Shown here piece after piece: positions 28,001 through 35,137 of a stretch of 64,000 bases of DNA (its first letter is position 1; each line of letters opens with the position of its first letter). A model generated the notes under the pieces. It was not told the origin of the DNA and did no database searches. It was given only the letters and a program-made list of their open reading frames with translations. The DNA lies in the IMG/VR virus record IMGVR_UViG_3300007539_000009, positions 96,001 through 160,000 of that record; one strand, written 5' to 3'. A program made the position numbers and the translations under genes. This DNA is from a virus.

Positions 28001-30003
28001 AGCCGCACGTCTGCGTACAGGAGAGTCTCATCTTCCTGCACTACCAGGTCAAAGTCACCCGCAGGTCCGTTGAGCTCGGTGTCCCACTGCGTGACGCCAT
28101 CACGGATGATGGCAACGTTGGTGATCTGTCCGCGGTAGCCGTAGTCGATGTCAACGCGCACCGGCAGGCTGTGCAGATACGCCTTTGAGTCGATGGCCGC
28201 GTTGATAGTGACCGTCAGGCCCGGAGTCAGCGCATTGTCAAACTGCACGAACTGGTCGGAGACGATCGTGAACTCTTCGGGGTCTGTGAAGACAAACCCG
28301 TCACGGAAGATCTGTACCGGATACTTGTCGCGGTCAAAGCTATCATCCAGCTTGACCGTGAACTGCTCCAGGATCGTCGGAGGGATTGTGATCTCACCGA
28401 AGATGTGCCGGTGGTTGTCTTGGGTCTCTTGGTCGACGTAGTAGATGTCGACGATGGCGCCAACCGGCAGCACTTCCGCGAACTGGATAGTGCGGCTGTC
28501 AGTGAACGTGTAACTAGCCGGCTCAACCAGCGTGGAGTCGTAGTCGAACTCTGTGTCGTCTACGAACACCTGGATGGGGAACTGCTCTTTGGGCTCGTCT
28601 GCTGCGTCGAGGGCAAAGGGCCGAGTGATCGGAACAGCCACTGTGTCGGTGGCCTCGTCAAGCACCTCACGATAGCTAGCATGGCTATGCGCTTCGACAA
28701 TCGGCGCGACCAGCTTGAACGTGACACCGTTGTTTGGGGCCCGATCGAACCCTAGAGTGGTGGCGGTCAGTGACGGGTTGAGGATGTTAGTGCCGAGATA
28801 CAGCACCTCTACCTGATCCGGGTCCACCGTCCGCTCGAGTTGAATCTTGCGGGTCGGCTTCGATACCTCAACTGTCTGAACGCCTCGTGCGTCCTTGATC
28901 CGTACTCGAGCGCCGCCGTGGAACGAATTCCCTCCGAGCAACGACAGCTCGGTAGCGGTGACGTTGACAAACTCAGCACCGAGGCGGAACCCTACGCGCA
29001 CGTCTGCTGCGACCACGGTGACGCCTGAAGTGACCGACAGCGTCAGTGTCTGACCGGCAGCCGGCAGCTCTTTGAACAGCAGCGTGTCGTCAGACAGTCG
29101 TAGCTGCAGCAGGTTGCCGGCACCGATACCGCCGAGCGGCTTCTGGGTGATGATAGGTGCCGTCGGGTCGCTGTAGTCAATGTCTAGCAGCGACAGCGCG
29201 TTGAACGACTCCAGAAACAGCTGAGCATCGACCGGGTCGTAGGTGATCGCGGTGCCATCAACTTGCGGTGTGTAGCTGGTCGTAGTGCCGTTGCTCAGCC
29301 CCTGAACGATCTGCTGATCACGGAACGCGTAAACAGAGATGCGCTCAATCTCAGCCGCAGGCGTCCACTCCTGCGACGTGTTCTCGGTCGATTGCTGGGG
29401 CTGCTCGCCCGGTGCACCCGCTCCGAGGTTACCGCTGTTGTTGACGTTGGAGCTCGCACTGCCAACAAACTCCCCGGCCAGGAACTTGGCGAACTTACCA
29501 ACAGGGTTGCCGTTTGCGTCCACTGACGCATCGAACACCAACGTCGTGCCTTGAACTAGCTCTCCGCTATCCACCCACGGCTCGAGCGAGCACGTGTACA
29601 CGTAAGTGGGCACCGCCCGTCCATCCAGCAGGACTTGTACCCGACCCTTGAGGGCGTGGTCAGGTATGCGAACGCGGTAGAGCTCGGTTACAGAGCTGTC
29701 CGCGTTGATGGTCTGATCAGCGACAGGCCAGTCCTGGAAAGTCTGCCAGTGAGCATGCGGTACCTGCAGAGACTGCCAGTTGCCAAGCTCCTGGAATACC
29801 AGAGGGTAAAACGTCTGGACAGGAACAGTCGACAGGTCACGCGCGGCATCAAGCTGAAACAGCTTCGCGTAGTCACTGTCTTGGGCGCGGATCCACGCCT
29901 CGTAAATCGCTGTGAGCTCGGGTCGATTCGCGTAGAAGTCGCGGTAGATCGACGGGAGGTAGTCGAACAGCGGGTTGGGATCGAAGGTCTTGTCGTCAGC
30001 CAC
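19093..30003 (-). CDS. Giant (3636 aa) baseplate wedge-like protein fused to LamG-like, IPT/TIG, parallel beta-helix and C-terminal RIFT-barrel-like domains
   Basis: N-terminal LFDYLPSIYRDF and RIRPAET wedge-like motifs; LamG-like about 25300-26100; two IPT repeats (NPVPTLLSITP, NPPPTIESLSP); beta-helix rungs about 19650-20760 and 22150-22550; start is GTG. Confidence 0.75.
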   Translation of the reverse strand: MADDKTFDPNPLFDYLPSIYRDFYANRPELTAIYEAWIRAQDSDYAKLFQLDAARDLSTVPVQTFYPLVFQELGNWQSLQVPHAHWQTFQDWPVADQTINADSSVTELYRVRIPDHALKGRVQVLLDGRAVPTYVYTCSLEPWVDSGELVQGTTLVFDASVDANGNPVGKFAKFLAGEFVGSASSNVNNSGNLGAGAPGEQPQQSTENTSQEWTPAAEIERISVYAFRDQQIVQGLSNGTTTSYTPQVDGTAITYDPVDAQLFLESFNALSLLDIDYSDPTAPIITQKPLGGIGAGNLLQLRLSDDTLLFKELPAAGQTLTLSVTSGVTVVAADVRVGFRLGAEFVNVTATELSLLGGNSFHGGARVRIKDARGVQTVEVSKPTRKIQLERTVDPDQVEVLYLGTNILNPSLTATTLGFDRAPNNGVTFKLVAPIVEAHSHASYREVLDEATDTVAVPITRPFALDAADEPKEQFPIQVFVDDTEFDYDSTLVEPASYTFTDSRTIQFAEVLPVGAIVDIYYVDQETQDNHRHIFGEITIPPTILEQFTVKLDDSFDRDKYPVQIFRDGFVFTDPEEFTIVSDQFVQFDNALTPGLTVTINAAIDSKAYLHSLPVRVDIDYGYRGQITNVAIIRDGVTQWDTELNGPAGDFDLVVQEDETLLYADVRLEEGWFFETDVDEQTIAQVWGEPIDLVRDSSAEYRGLTASLYAAYRGASTKSAIQNYGSILLGSAFLDQAGTAAGIVDTTTGQGLTVQPSDGTATFVVPLLPEQPLRVLRAPQEMSKFYAVNDLVTVYDRDELADVGLLAFFAEQFSDDYQFAKRLDVRTPSNFTSTVATFNNATGLLTDFSVNFFEQEVWAGDLIKLGITSFATLEQAQQSAFLPTNTGAVDVTHLSYDSTVTAGFPAGSLSITTASVPPFVIENLLDSPSGFSTLLGLVNAPLAWQNELDEAFAVDNSSPTGSGSLITCVWPTGKAAPSSPDLSPVVGAVQVQEVAAQSYLTLPSSAAATQYGRVVEVVDAHTLRVTFDSETIGAFPIGYGDGQYGQYGYGGGILAPSVTEYTVWARQTRTLDQFLYLDEALDPTQAQAVGENIQLLNTQLANVFKHHVFAVKLRWGLATEQAQLEDVAVFLDRIRPAETQPIVFTEAFEDEVADNSALADTTTATLVEGSPSLSLQSDNPLANTLLAGESFIAQAEFNDQTDSDGWLYTPYLYSFGPEVASQLTEPPATLAPGVHYLVGDDQFLNQSSVFARRYSEKRGLGNLAVRYESPSNYWIADSGQGYRTGKAIELTGDRRLQVANTGVTNALLPAANTLDYSSGSEFAFRTWLKINSGSYVGGETPVIFSYGPITLGLNVLEEGVVRPYFEVGASGLFVSPDPGSPGSYVFPNPFFSPNDPEYSPEEPDPFGDGTAIITPASTTYTLPVNEWFEITAQYRDLGNRYRTEIVVNGELWGVGSPSPDTPVADLTVNDVTGEDLWIGGVASGSPVFSVGGAIQQPSITLTNAFNPEALETSFSIPRPIHNIGVEATTGSPLVTDGLTAVYHFWRGWGLTIPDYSGNGFSATKVGSGLTEDWRVDGIVQDLWPREYDVHTVDREGIVLLQGAKVAIGDINDAVVFNEDFDIEGPGAETEITGQFIAGAVTYVAPDYWLTYSGLKGWQRLNGGAKAVEASIDLDNSDHYDGFLQPTDPDPDGVSHSTLASDQTLVGARATLTFEAEFGGAISDLTWDGVNVLNSLTKARGAQYGFSGVDRTGSYLVNEGGNLLQVYTQPSDTPLVFSQFGEKAARTDVYMPYLVPFSYQGASLTISAARVDKHVEVDYLGNPSIIRVRGTITPELTNRDGSARSQLSMALTDEFVRAYTYFPVVGDDGPTEVGFSAANQLVFPSDLPGGMILSNQTGTRAVGICALDKVISSSVRSTLILPPLGQLNPVGQKYGQFNALLLMQELLADGVSTAGYTVERFICVGSFAEVAVAFSQLVTGESVIIDPPDPPPISLSVDQQPQSSLNENQTFTVAVSVQTNEGTIDADYEDSGVPIVAQLAPTSFDGVLSGTTSKLTTGGLAIFDDLRIDEGGAYEVRFTSGVLTEDSAAITVNNPVPTLLSITPSTGSTASPPSSISLFGSGFDESARVIVNGTTPIPGTYQSPTLFIASPDPALLSTAGTYVFSILNFAPGGGQSGGVAYISVSPSSASPSPATSPLAADTLESDLTALVVLPEVGNNQGFRITSQLIDSDFEGQAVLDSQATGSITLSIASTTSNGGTFESGSEVFKSTTNGVITQDVGFTRAGLYTLEATWAGSPSLSPNETVTITTQASVVNPPPTIESLSPSKILQFSGDTTVRINAASTTTFFDGEVAVFANGSVPLPTTFVDPGTITFVAPSFALQNLVNYKIAVFTGQYASNELDLTVVPFGVPEGPFPEEDDIPATIRVTPTGWQRLLPEPDATETASTEPLAAALRQVGVLNGADGLADGTPVFLQESGSKGALDVIEIDAGAYGAISFTDSNGPGEVQLLHTPTATEPLIIRATPGATEPEPVVIDPGADASIFFDYQTANQHVHFYDLKIRAGESAAIKTPGKVSVLKLKDSNVNTNDNPLKIDQGTSSTKWQGLEFHRCAVLGEWDHALVRLAPNRWIRGPLGADQDAQDQYDDQGNTVAPANKIAWTKDEVDDAVAFDVSLLPMSRTRPNAFVFGFAPPTATAGVSNVNDPKYYVNNSLYTAPDEVFWSGYGDPDPDTYDNAPGNPLRRTATVRYIGGGGFGSTGVINFLTSAGNQQLTFGNTITLPVGGGMLLARITSASVAAIYNLDVVFDDPQLPDGRARRLLNLEFRDGVTYPVATQAVLVAKHSDVWVFPRDAAYNTAFGANRLSTEVFSTVIKFTDDDGVVDLDSSTIGTVSITVADSTPLVAGNQWEVIAATPGEDPAAWTVRGGLLATQLRLEVTADSIAAVTSAFSGKFGAPITLRFTPSNPAINPVDVPFYIYAYGGPESFPTQSFNDGIYPGAATEADVYYPNYSHATVLNAVVGNTQDGEDFFEVDDNRPPLRVGSGDQPGGPFFPGWPGDPSHPNYDETVADLYPDPSNVPNLVYGGGRESLWGVTARNVWDFVWSGGSVVNIAQRHGIELRNVGGDETLVEFSTIRLCGRSGVRVLSRLTGNQFGPPDRDLLTAPGTISSDTGGPSWGTLLITDNVIRDTGLSHAESAVDISGHQYGQVRIENNNIRLGYNLNLSHLRYMCGNGVDVNDGPQFTFRNNTAYYEHWPVYLTDRDGVPLISYQDIVEGVMAFGPTDPSAPLPTEFQNLINTWPVLPGSDVHPVTGGSQTFYPPVFDGTFAPELVGSTAYGVFDIRGGNQQVGNLNIEGNIIRINDIENLAPTSGVANGTGAWSVDVPARNRSFAAVSNPGVGEAVGSSGDRVRADLLYRYRSTWPFIDPRFSLTALMVAGCRVARIVGNTLASSSQLVELDPVRLDANINGSGDVAKEEYLSSRIYLLIAADNVFEAVTSGAYTSNLLSGLVDYGVPSADDTLTSLEITAAFQDSNFNTIGPGDTTVGLLIINMPATYSGSILVRGTIPLPAGLKYSDTSPLKIKHPVTGEALTTQWEPVSYYPDGEMMAVVELMAMVDPTGIPVNSDNQATFEVVATVAG

Positions 30004-30125
30004 GGAGCACCTGGACGGCGGTAAACGTCTTTCCCATTGTTAGCTAAAGCTGTCTGTAGAAGCAGCGAGGCGGCCCATAACTTGAGCCGCCTGCACACTA
30101 CTAGATGGTGGTGGGGATCACCAGC

Positions 30126-32126
30126 TCAGACCTTGGTGATACTGAGATCGGTATCGGCAGCCCAGACTTGGCCCGGATCGAGAGCCAAGCGGTCTTCTGA
30201 TTCGGCGAAGACGAACGATCCAGCGCCTGTGTCGTATCGAGACCGCAAAGTCACAGGCATCGTTACGTCCTGCACATTGAACAGTGCAAGAACAGTGACC
30301 AGCTCGTTGACTGTCACTGCCTCTCCAAAGGGCTTGCCGTTGATGTACTCAGTGATGATGTCACGAACGCTCTGCAACGTGGCATCACCGGAGAACGTCA
30401 GTTCAACATCAAGGATGACGGTAACTGGCGTCTTGACTTGGATGTCTTTGGTGATGTCCCGGTTATCGGCGTTGTCTAGGAACGCCTCAATCAGCGGGAT
30501 GTCCGGGCTGGTGAGGTACGTGACCTTGATCCGGGTACCGATGAACATCGGGATCTCTGCAAGCACGTTGCCGAGGCCGTCTAGCACCGGCTCAGAGCCG
30601 TAAATCCTTAGAACATCAGAGGTTGCGGTTGTAAATCGACCACGAACCTCCTGCCGCACCAGGGCGTAGTGCGTGTCAGGCTCGAGCTCGCGGATGACGA
30701 TGTCCTCGTCAACTGCGTCCACCTGCTCAACACGCACGATGGCCTGCACCGGCTCCTGGAACCCGGTGCCGTCCTCGAAGAGGTTGACGCCGGCTGAGTT
30801 GACGAACGTAGATGTCAACGGCACTTCGCTGACATCTACATCTGCGTCGGTGGAAGCGGGCGGCAAGCTGGAGATGACAACTTCAGCCGGAGTGACGGCG
30901 GACGACTCCACGTACACGTCGACCTTGCCGCCAATGTGGAACTGGTTGGTGTTGTAGAAACCGAACAGCTGGTAGGGGTTGTCTGCTAGGTTGGTGGCCA
31001 CGTTGACCGTAGACGTGTCCTTGAACGGCCGATCGATGCGGGCCACCTTGACCGGATCTCCTCCCGGAGCAACCGGTACTTCCTCTACTCGAGCAATCTT
31101 GTAGTCGTTGTTGACGAAGTCAGGGTCGTCCTCGTTCAGCAAGCGCAACCGAAAGTTCTGTTGTACAGACACTTGCTCGAACGTGACGCCATCCTGTGTT
31201 ACCTGCAGCGCGTTGTAATTGAGACCCAGCAGGTCATACACCGCACCCACAAACCCACCTACCGGCGCTGTAATCGGGTCTCCATTGGTGTCTGTCCACT
31301 GCACGTTGCCATCAGCGTCTAGCGGCAGGTTGACCTTCTGGCAGAACGACTGGCTAAACAGCGGCTGGTCAGCCAGAGCTATCTGCGCAACGTCGCGAGT
31401 CATCAGCGGGTCGCCGAAGCCTTGGACCGACACACGCTTCACAGTCGGGAACTGGGCCAAGATCGCTGACTCAATAGCCACCGCTTTGACCAGGTCACGG
31501 TTGGTGACTGACGTCTTGATGCGAGCAAAGAGCTCAGCGTTACCTTCCGGGTTGGCCGCACCGAAGTAGGCCAGGGGATTGAAGGTGCGGAGCGCGCCAG
31601 GCACCCCTGTGACCCCAGTGACTGCGCCAGCCGCTGCCAGGTACTCATCACCGACGTCCTCGGCGATGGTGTTCACATCAACGAAAAACTCACCAGTACT
31701 GGCGATCGTGTTCGCAGCGACCGCAGCTGAGCTGAAGGTTTGACGAGAAATCGGCCGAAATCTGCGGCCGGCATCGTCTGTGAACACTACGTTGGTCGTA
31801 ACTTCCACAGCCTGTGTTGTGGCGAACACGATCCGTTGAGATCCCGTAGCTTTCTCGCCTTGGCGACGATCCACCAAGAAGTTGGCCGCGAGCCGGTCGA
31901 GCTCCTCAGGGAGCATGCCCGCGTAGTTGGCCAACGACTGGTTTCGTTGGATGACCCTCGTCTGGTCTCGGAACCGCTGGAACAACAGCGAAGCCGGCGT
32001 GATGAGGATGTCATGAACGGCAGAACCAGCGCCGACATTGAGCTTAGGTGCCTGCTCCCGCAGGACTTGTCGGACGAGGGCCTCGACGGGCACACTGAAC
32101 CGGTTCTTATCGTTGATCGTCGCCAT
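30126..32126 (-). CDS. Baseplate J/gp47-like wedge protein
   Basis: GSAVHDILI..LDRLAANF..RRQGEKATG..G.Y...G.V..NP......E.NAEL..RI. Confidence 0.85.
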   Translation of the reverse strand: MATINDKNRFSVPVEALVRQVLREQAPKLNVGAGSAVHDILITPASLLFQRFRDQTRVIQRNQSLANYAGMLPEELDRLAANFLVDRRQGEKATGSQRIVFATTQAVEVTTNVVFTDDAGRRFRPISRQTFSSAAVAANTIASTGEFFVDVNTIAEDVGDEYLAAAGAVTGVTGVPGALRTFNPLAYFGAANPEGNAELFARIKTSVTNRDLVKAVAIESAILAQFPTVKRVSVQGFGDPLMTRDVAQIALADQPLFSQSFCQKVNLPLDADGNVQWTDTNGDPITAPVGGFVGAVYDLLGLNYNALQVTQDGVTFEQVSVQQNFRLRLLNEDDPDFVNNDYKIARVEEVPVAPGGDPVKVARIDRPFKDTSTVNVATNLADNPYQLFGFYNTNQFHIGGKVDVYVESSAVTPAEVVISSLPPASTDADVDVSEVPLTSTFVNSAGVNLFEDGTGFQEPVQAIVRVEQVDAVDEDIVIRELEPDTHYALVRQEVRGRFTTATSDVLRIYGSEPVLDGLGNVLAEIPMFIGTRIKVTYLTSPDIPLIEAFLDNADNRDITKDIQVKTPVTVILDVELTFSGDATLQSVRDIITEYINGKPFGEAVTVNELVTVLALFNVQDVTMPVTLRSRYDTGAGSFVFAESEDRLALDPGQVWAADTDLSITKV

Positions 32127-32193
32127 TCGCGTAAGTCTACTGGGCTCAATCGATTGTAGCTGAGCCGCAAAGACCCCTAGTTAGTCAGAGACT

Positions 32194-33066
32194 ATGAACA
32201 AGCTGATCCGAGCCTTGGCTGCCACAGACATCCCTAAGCCGATCGATGCGGTGCGTGATGACTTGGCAGACGCGGCAAAAGAGTACTTCCCGGTGCTGTA
32301 CCAACTGAACCGGTCCCTGGACTCAGAGAGCGAGCACAGCACTCGTGGCCTCACTCTCGGCCTCGCTAACGCGTACTACGCACTCACTGTAGAGTTCGAA
32401 GATGACCCGTTCGGGGCGTTCAATCTCGAACCCCCGGACATTGACTTCATCCAGGCGATCGAGAAGACCTTCTCAGGGCAGCAAGCTCAGATCGAGGGAA
32501 TGGACGCTAGGGAGCTGGTGGCGCTGGTCACTGGGAGCTACCCCGCGCTCGAGGCGGCGCTGGACGGGGAGAAGACGGAAGCAGAGGAGGACTTCCAGTC
32601 GGGGGTGACTGTGGGCCTAACCGCTGTGGCCCTGCGCGCTGCGATGGCGGACGCGGACGAGCCGGAGGATGAAGAGGAGGACTTTGCAGACCTCGGCGAG
32701 CCCGGCATTGAGCTCGTAAATGCGGAGGAGGACTACCAGGATCCGGCTACCGACGGTGAGGGGCCGCAACCTCCGGACGAGGATCTCGCTGCCATCGAAT
32801 CGCTGAGTCAGTTGCTAGGCGAACTACAAGCGCTGAATCACGGCGCCATGCCGTCGCTTGCAGTCAGCGATGATGGGCTGCTTCGCCTGTCGCTCGCAGT
32901 GGTTTGCGACGATCACCACAACGTTGACTTGATGACTCTGCAGAGGGTTAGAGACCTGCTAATGCGGTGCTCACCCGACAGCGCTAGAGAGCAAGTCGTC
33001 ATTCGCGCTATCGAATCATCGATCGTTGTGACGGCTACGTTGCCGGACTTTAGGCCTATCAAATAG
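32194..33066 (+). CDS. Highly acidic hypothetical protein
   Basis: 290 aa, D/E-rich (DADEPEDEEEDFAD); divergent from baseplate J. Confidence 0.65.
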   Translation: MNKLIRALAATDIPKPIDAVRDDLADAAKEYFPVLYQLNRSLDSESEHSTRGLTLGLANAYYALTVEFEDDPFGAFNLEPPDIDFIQAIEKTFSGQQAQIEGMDARELVALVTGSYPALEAALDGEKTEAEEDFQSGVTVGLTAVALRAAMADADEPEDEEEDFADLGEPGIELVNAEEDYQDPATDGEGPQPPDEDLAAIESLSQLLGELQALNHGAMPSLAVSDDGLLRLSLAVVCDDHHNVDLMTLQRVRDLLMRCSPDSAREQVVIRAIESSIVVTATLPDFRPIK

Positions 33067-33136
33067 TGCCAAAACTGTCGCAGTATGCGGCAAGAGTTAG
33101 ATGACCGATCGTGTACTCCAGCAGAAAGGAATAACC

Positions 33137-33523
33137 ATGATCTGGTGTCTAATTCTGGCCGGCGTGTGTGCGCTGGCCCTGTTACTGACAGGGCACATTT
33201 TCGTTGCCCTGATCGTGGCCGCCCTGTTCGTAGTACTCCCGGCACTCGTCGTGTCGGGATTTCAGCTGGGCGTCGACCTCGCCCAGTGGTCGCTTGACCA
33301 CTGGGGCACCGTAGTGGTGCTCGCCCTGCTGTTCATAGGGTTCAAGCTCTTCGGAAGCCTCCGCCGTGCGTGGGAGATGTCCGAAGAAGGGCAGAGTCAC
33401 TACACGCAGGAGCTCGCCCTGCGCGTCTCGTACGGCGAGCTCACACAAAAGCAGGCCCGGAAAGAGGTAAAGAAAAAGCCTCACCGATACCCTCCTGTCA
33501 TCCGCGAGAGGATGCTCAGATGA
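33137..33523 (+). CDS. Multi-TM membrane protein
   Basis: AAAGGA SD; about three hydrophobic segments; basic tail. Confidence 0.65.
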   Translation: MIWCLILAGVCALALLLTGHIFVALIVAALFVVLPALVVSGFQLGVDLAQWSLDHWGTVVVLALLFIGFKLFGSLRRAWEMSEEGQSHYTQELALRVSYGELTQKQARKEVKKKPHRYPPVIRERMLR

Positions 33524-34062
33524 GGCGGGCGGTCGTACTGCTGTTGCTGTGCGGCTGCGCCACCCCTAAGGTCGAAGACGGTGCACGCGCCGTCTTTGAT
33601 CTTACGGCAACGCCGTCGGATACGTCGACAGCTTGGGGCCTCGGCCTCTACGGCTACCGCACGAACCATCGTGTCGGTATGCACTTCAACCTCCAAGCAA
33701 CCATTGAGCATCGCGAGGAGTACGACTTCGTCGGAAACCCCTTCGGGGACCCGGTAGTCGGTGAAGAGCGTGACTTGTGGGCCTTCAACGTTGGCCCCAC
33801 GTTACTGCTCATGGATACCGCAACCGTGGACTGGGGCCTGTTCGCAGGTCTAGGTTACGGCGGCGTGACCACGTACGACGTGCTAGATGATCCAACGGGT
33901 ATCCTCAACGGGCCTGATGGTGTCTACCACGCCAAGCGTGACGAGGAAGCGGGTGTGAACTTCAACGTAGGCTCGCACTTGCTGATCAACCGTGCGGCGC
34001 TTGGCGCGTCGTACAGCACTCAACTCGAAGCAGTGTCGTTCCATGTCGGCGTTGCTTTCTAA
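33520..34062 (+). CDS. Lipobox-containing outer-membrane beta-barrel protein
   Basis: MRRAVVLLLLCGC signal; alternating amphipathic strands; C-terminal SFHVGVAF. Confidence 0.7.
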   Translation: MRRAVVLLLLCGCATPKVEDGARAVFDLTATPSDTSTAWGLGLYGYRTNHRVGMHFNLQATIEHREEYDFVGNPFGDPVVGEERDLWAFNVGPTLLLMDTATVDWGLFAGLGYGGVTTYDVLDDPTGILNGPDGVYHAKRDEEAGVNFNVGSHLLINRAALGASYSTQLEAVSFHVGVAF

Positions 34063-34180
34063 TGAGTAGAACACTTCTCTGCTGGAGTGCACTCAGCAGC
34101 GTCGGGACTGAGTGATATCCTGGTACCGACACAGGAGGCGGCGCGCTCTTACCAGGGAGCTGAACCGTCGCCTCCTCCTC

Positions 34181-34253
34181 GCCGGCGTAGCTCAATTGGT
34201 AGAGCTCCTGACTTGTAATCAGGTGGTTGCAGGTTCAAATCCTGTCGCCGGCT
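34181..34253 (+). tRNA. tRNA-Thr(TGT), CCA not encoded
   Basis: GCCGGCG/CGCCGGC acceptor; CCTGA-ctTGTaa-TCAGG; GGTTCAAATCC. Confidence 0.93.
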
Positions 34254-34255
34254 CC

Positions 34256-34553
34256 GTGCACGTGTGCGGTCAGTCCAACTGCGCACGCAGCTGTCCTTAG
34301 GGGGATGTTCCGGCTTATCCCTTGGGATGATGTTGTTAGCTGTCGGGTCGCCGGAAGACCCGTCCATACTCTTCTGCTCGTGACGTATCGACTAGACGGC
34401 AGAACGGTCCGGGTGGCGCCGACTAAATTTGCTACCAGCGGGTGTCGATTCCCTGCTGGCGGGAGAATGCGCAGAACTTGTGCTTGGATCGGGCACAAGG
34501 GAGCACTCCCAAGTACGATCCAGGGAGTGGCGGCGCGTCCGTCACTCCTTTTA
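34256..34553 (+). ncRNA. Putative structured RNA ending in a terminator/antiterminator
   Basis: At least six contiguous hairpins, then GGAGTGGCGG/CCGTCACTCC + TTTT. Confidence 0.4.
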
Positions 34554-34555
34554 CT

Positions 34556-34632
34556 TCCCCCGTAGCTCAGCTGGTTAGAGCGTCCGCCTGTTAAGCGGAA
34601 TGTCGTAGGTTCAAGTCCTACCGGGGGAGCCA
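34556..34632 (+). tRNA. tRNA-Asn(GTT) copy 1
   Basis: TCCCCCG/CGGGGGA; TCCGC-ctGTTaa-GCGGA; CCA. Confidence 0.95.
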
Positions 34633-34636
34633 CCAC

Positions 34637-34723
34637 GGAGGCGTGGCAGAGCGGCCGAATGCACCGGTTTTGAAAATCGGCGACTGTAATGGTCCGGGGG
34701 TTCGAATCCCTCCGCCTCCGCCA
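34637..34723 (+). tRNA. tRNA-Ser(TGA)
   Basis: GGAGGCG/CGCCTCC; ttTGAaa loop; long variable arm; CCA. Confidence 0.93.
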
Positions 34724-34787
34724 TCTCTAGGAGTAAACATGGGTGCAAAGGTAGTGCATTTCTGGCTCCCTCGCACCTACCACACCC

Positions 34788-34863
34788 GGGCGATTAACTC
34801 AGTTGGTAGAGTGCTTCCCTTACAAGGAAGAAGTCGGCGGTTCGAGTCCGCCATCGCCCACCA
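34788..34863 (+). tRNA. tRNA-Val(TAC)
   Basis: GGGCGAT/ATCGCCC; CTTCC-ctTACaa-GGAAG; CCA. Confidence 0.95.
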
Positions 34864-35057
34864 TGCACCGACACGTTCAACTGGTAAGCCGCAAGAGCCG
34901 GAACGTGTTGCGCAGTAAGGCTCCAGGGTCCTTCGGTACCCGTCATGCCGCCCGGTGCAGGGGCGGTGGAGTCTCCCTCCTTTCTCTTGCTTCGGCAAGT
35001 CGAACGCCGTACAGCCGCTGACCTGTATGTATCTGCGGAAGTCAGCACCCTCATCTC
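34864..35057 (+). ncRNA. Putative structured RNA (long hairpin, three-way junction, UUCG hairpins)
   Basis: ACACGTTC/GAACGTGT; GGCTCC/GGAGTC enclosing two hairpins; CTTGC-TTCG-GCAAG; GCTGAC/GTCAGC. Confidence 0.4.
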
Positions 35058-35058
35058 C

Positions 35059-35135
35059 GGGCCGGTAGCTCAGTCGGTTAGAGCAGGCGACTCATAATCG
35101 CTCGGTCCCCAGTTCAAGTCTGGGCCGGCCCACCA
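35059..35135 (+). tRNA. tRNA-Ile2(CAT), lysidine type (Met less likely)
   Basis: Anticodon arm GCAGGCGACTCATAATCGCT matches the bacterial Ile2 pattern; CCA. Confidence 0.85.
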
Positions 35136-35137
35136 CC

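Noticed and set aside
27325-28188. Long antisense ORFs (also 35832-36584, 50182-50907, 33370-33519 extension and many others)
   Set aside because: Shadow frames of GC-rich sense genes, with Arg/low-complexity translations and no SD
34411-34421. T-box motif (GGGTGGCGCCG)
   Set aside because: Deviates from UGGNACC, lies ~110 nt from the terminator, and no specifier stem is recognisable
34288-34500. Circularly permuted RNase P RNA (CCGGCTTA at ~34310, GTCCGGG at ~34407, GGAGAATGCGCAGAA at ~34462)
   Set aside because: Fragments resemble CR-V, CR-I and CR-II, but the conserved GAGGAAAG and ACAGAA/ACAAAA adenosines are missing and later regions do not match; not callable without a covariance-model search
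34724-34787. Theta/HDV-like ribozyme in tRNA trailers
   Set aside because: A pseudoknot order is possible, but there is no P3/L3, P1.1 or J4/2 catalytic C
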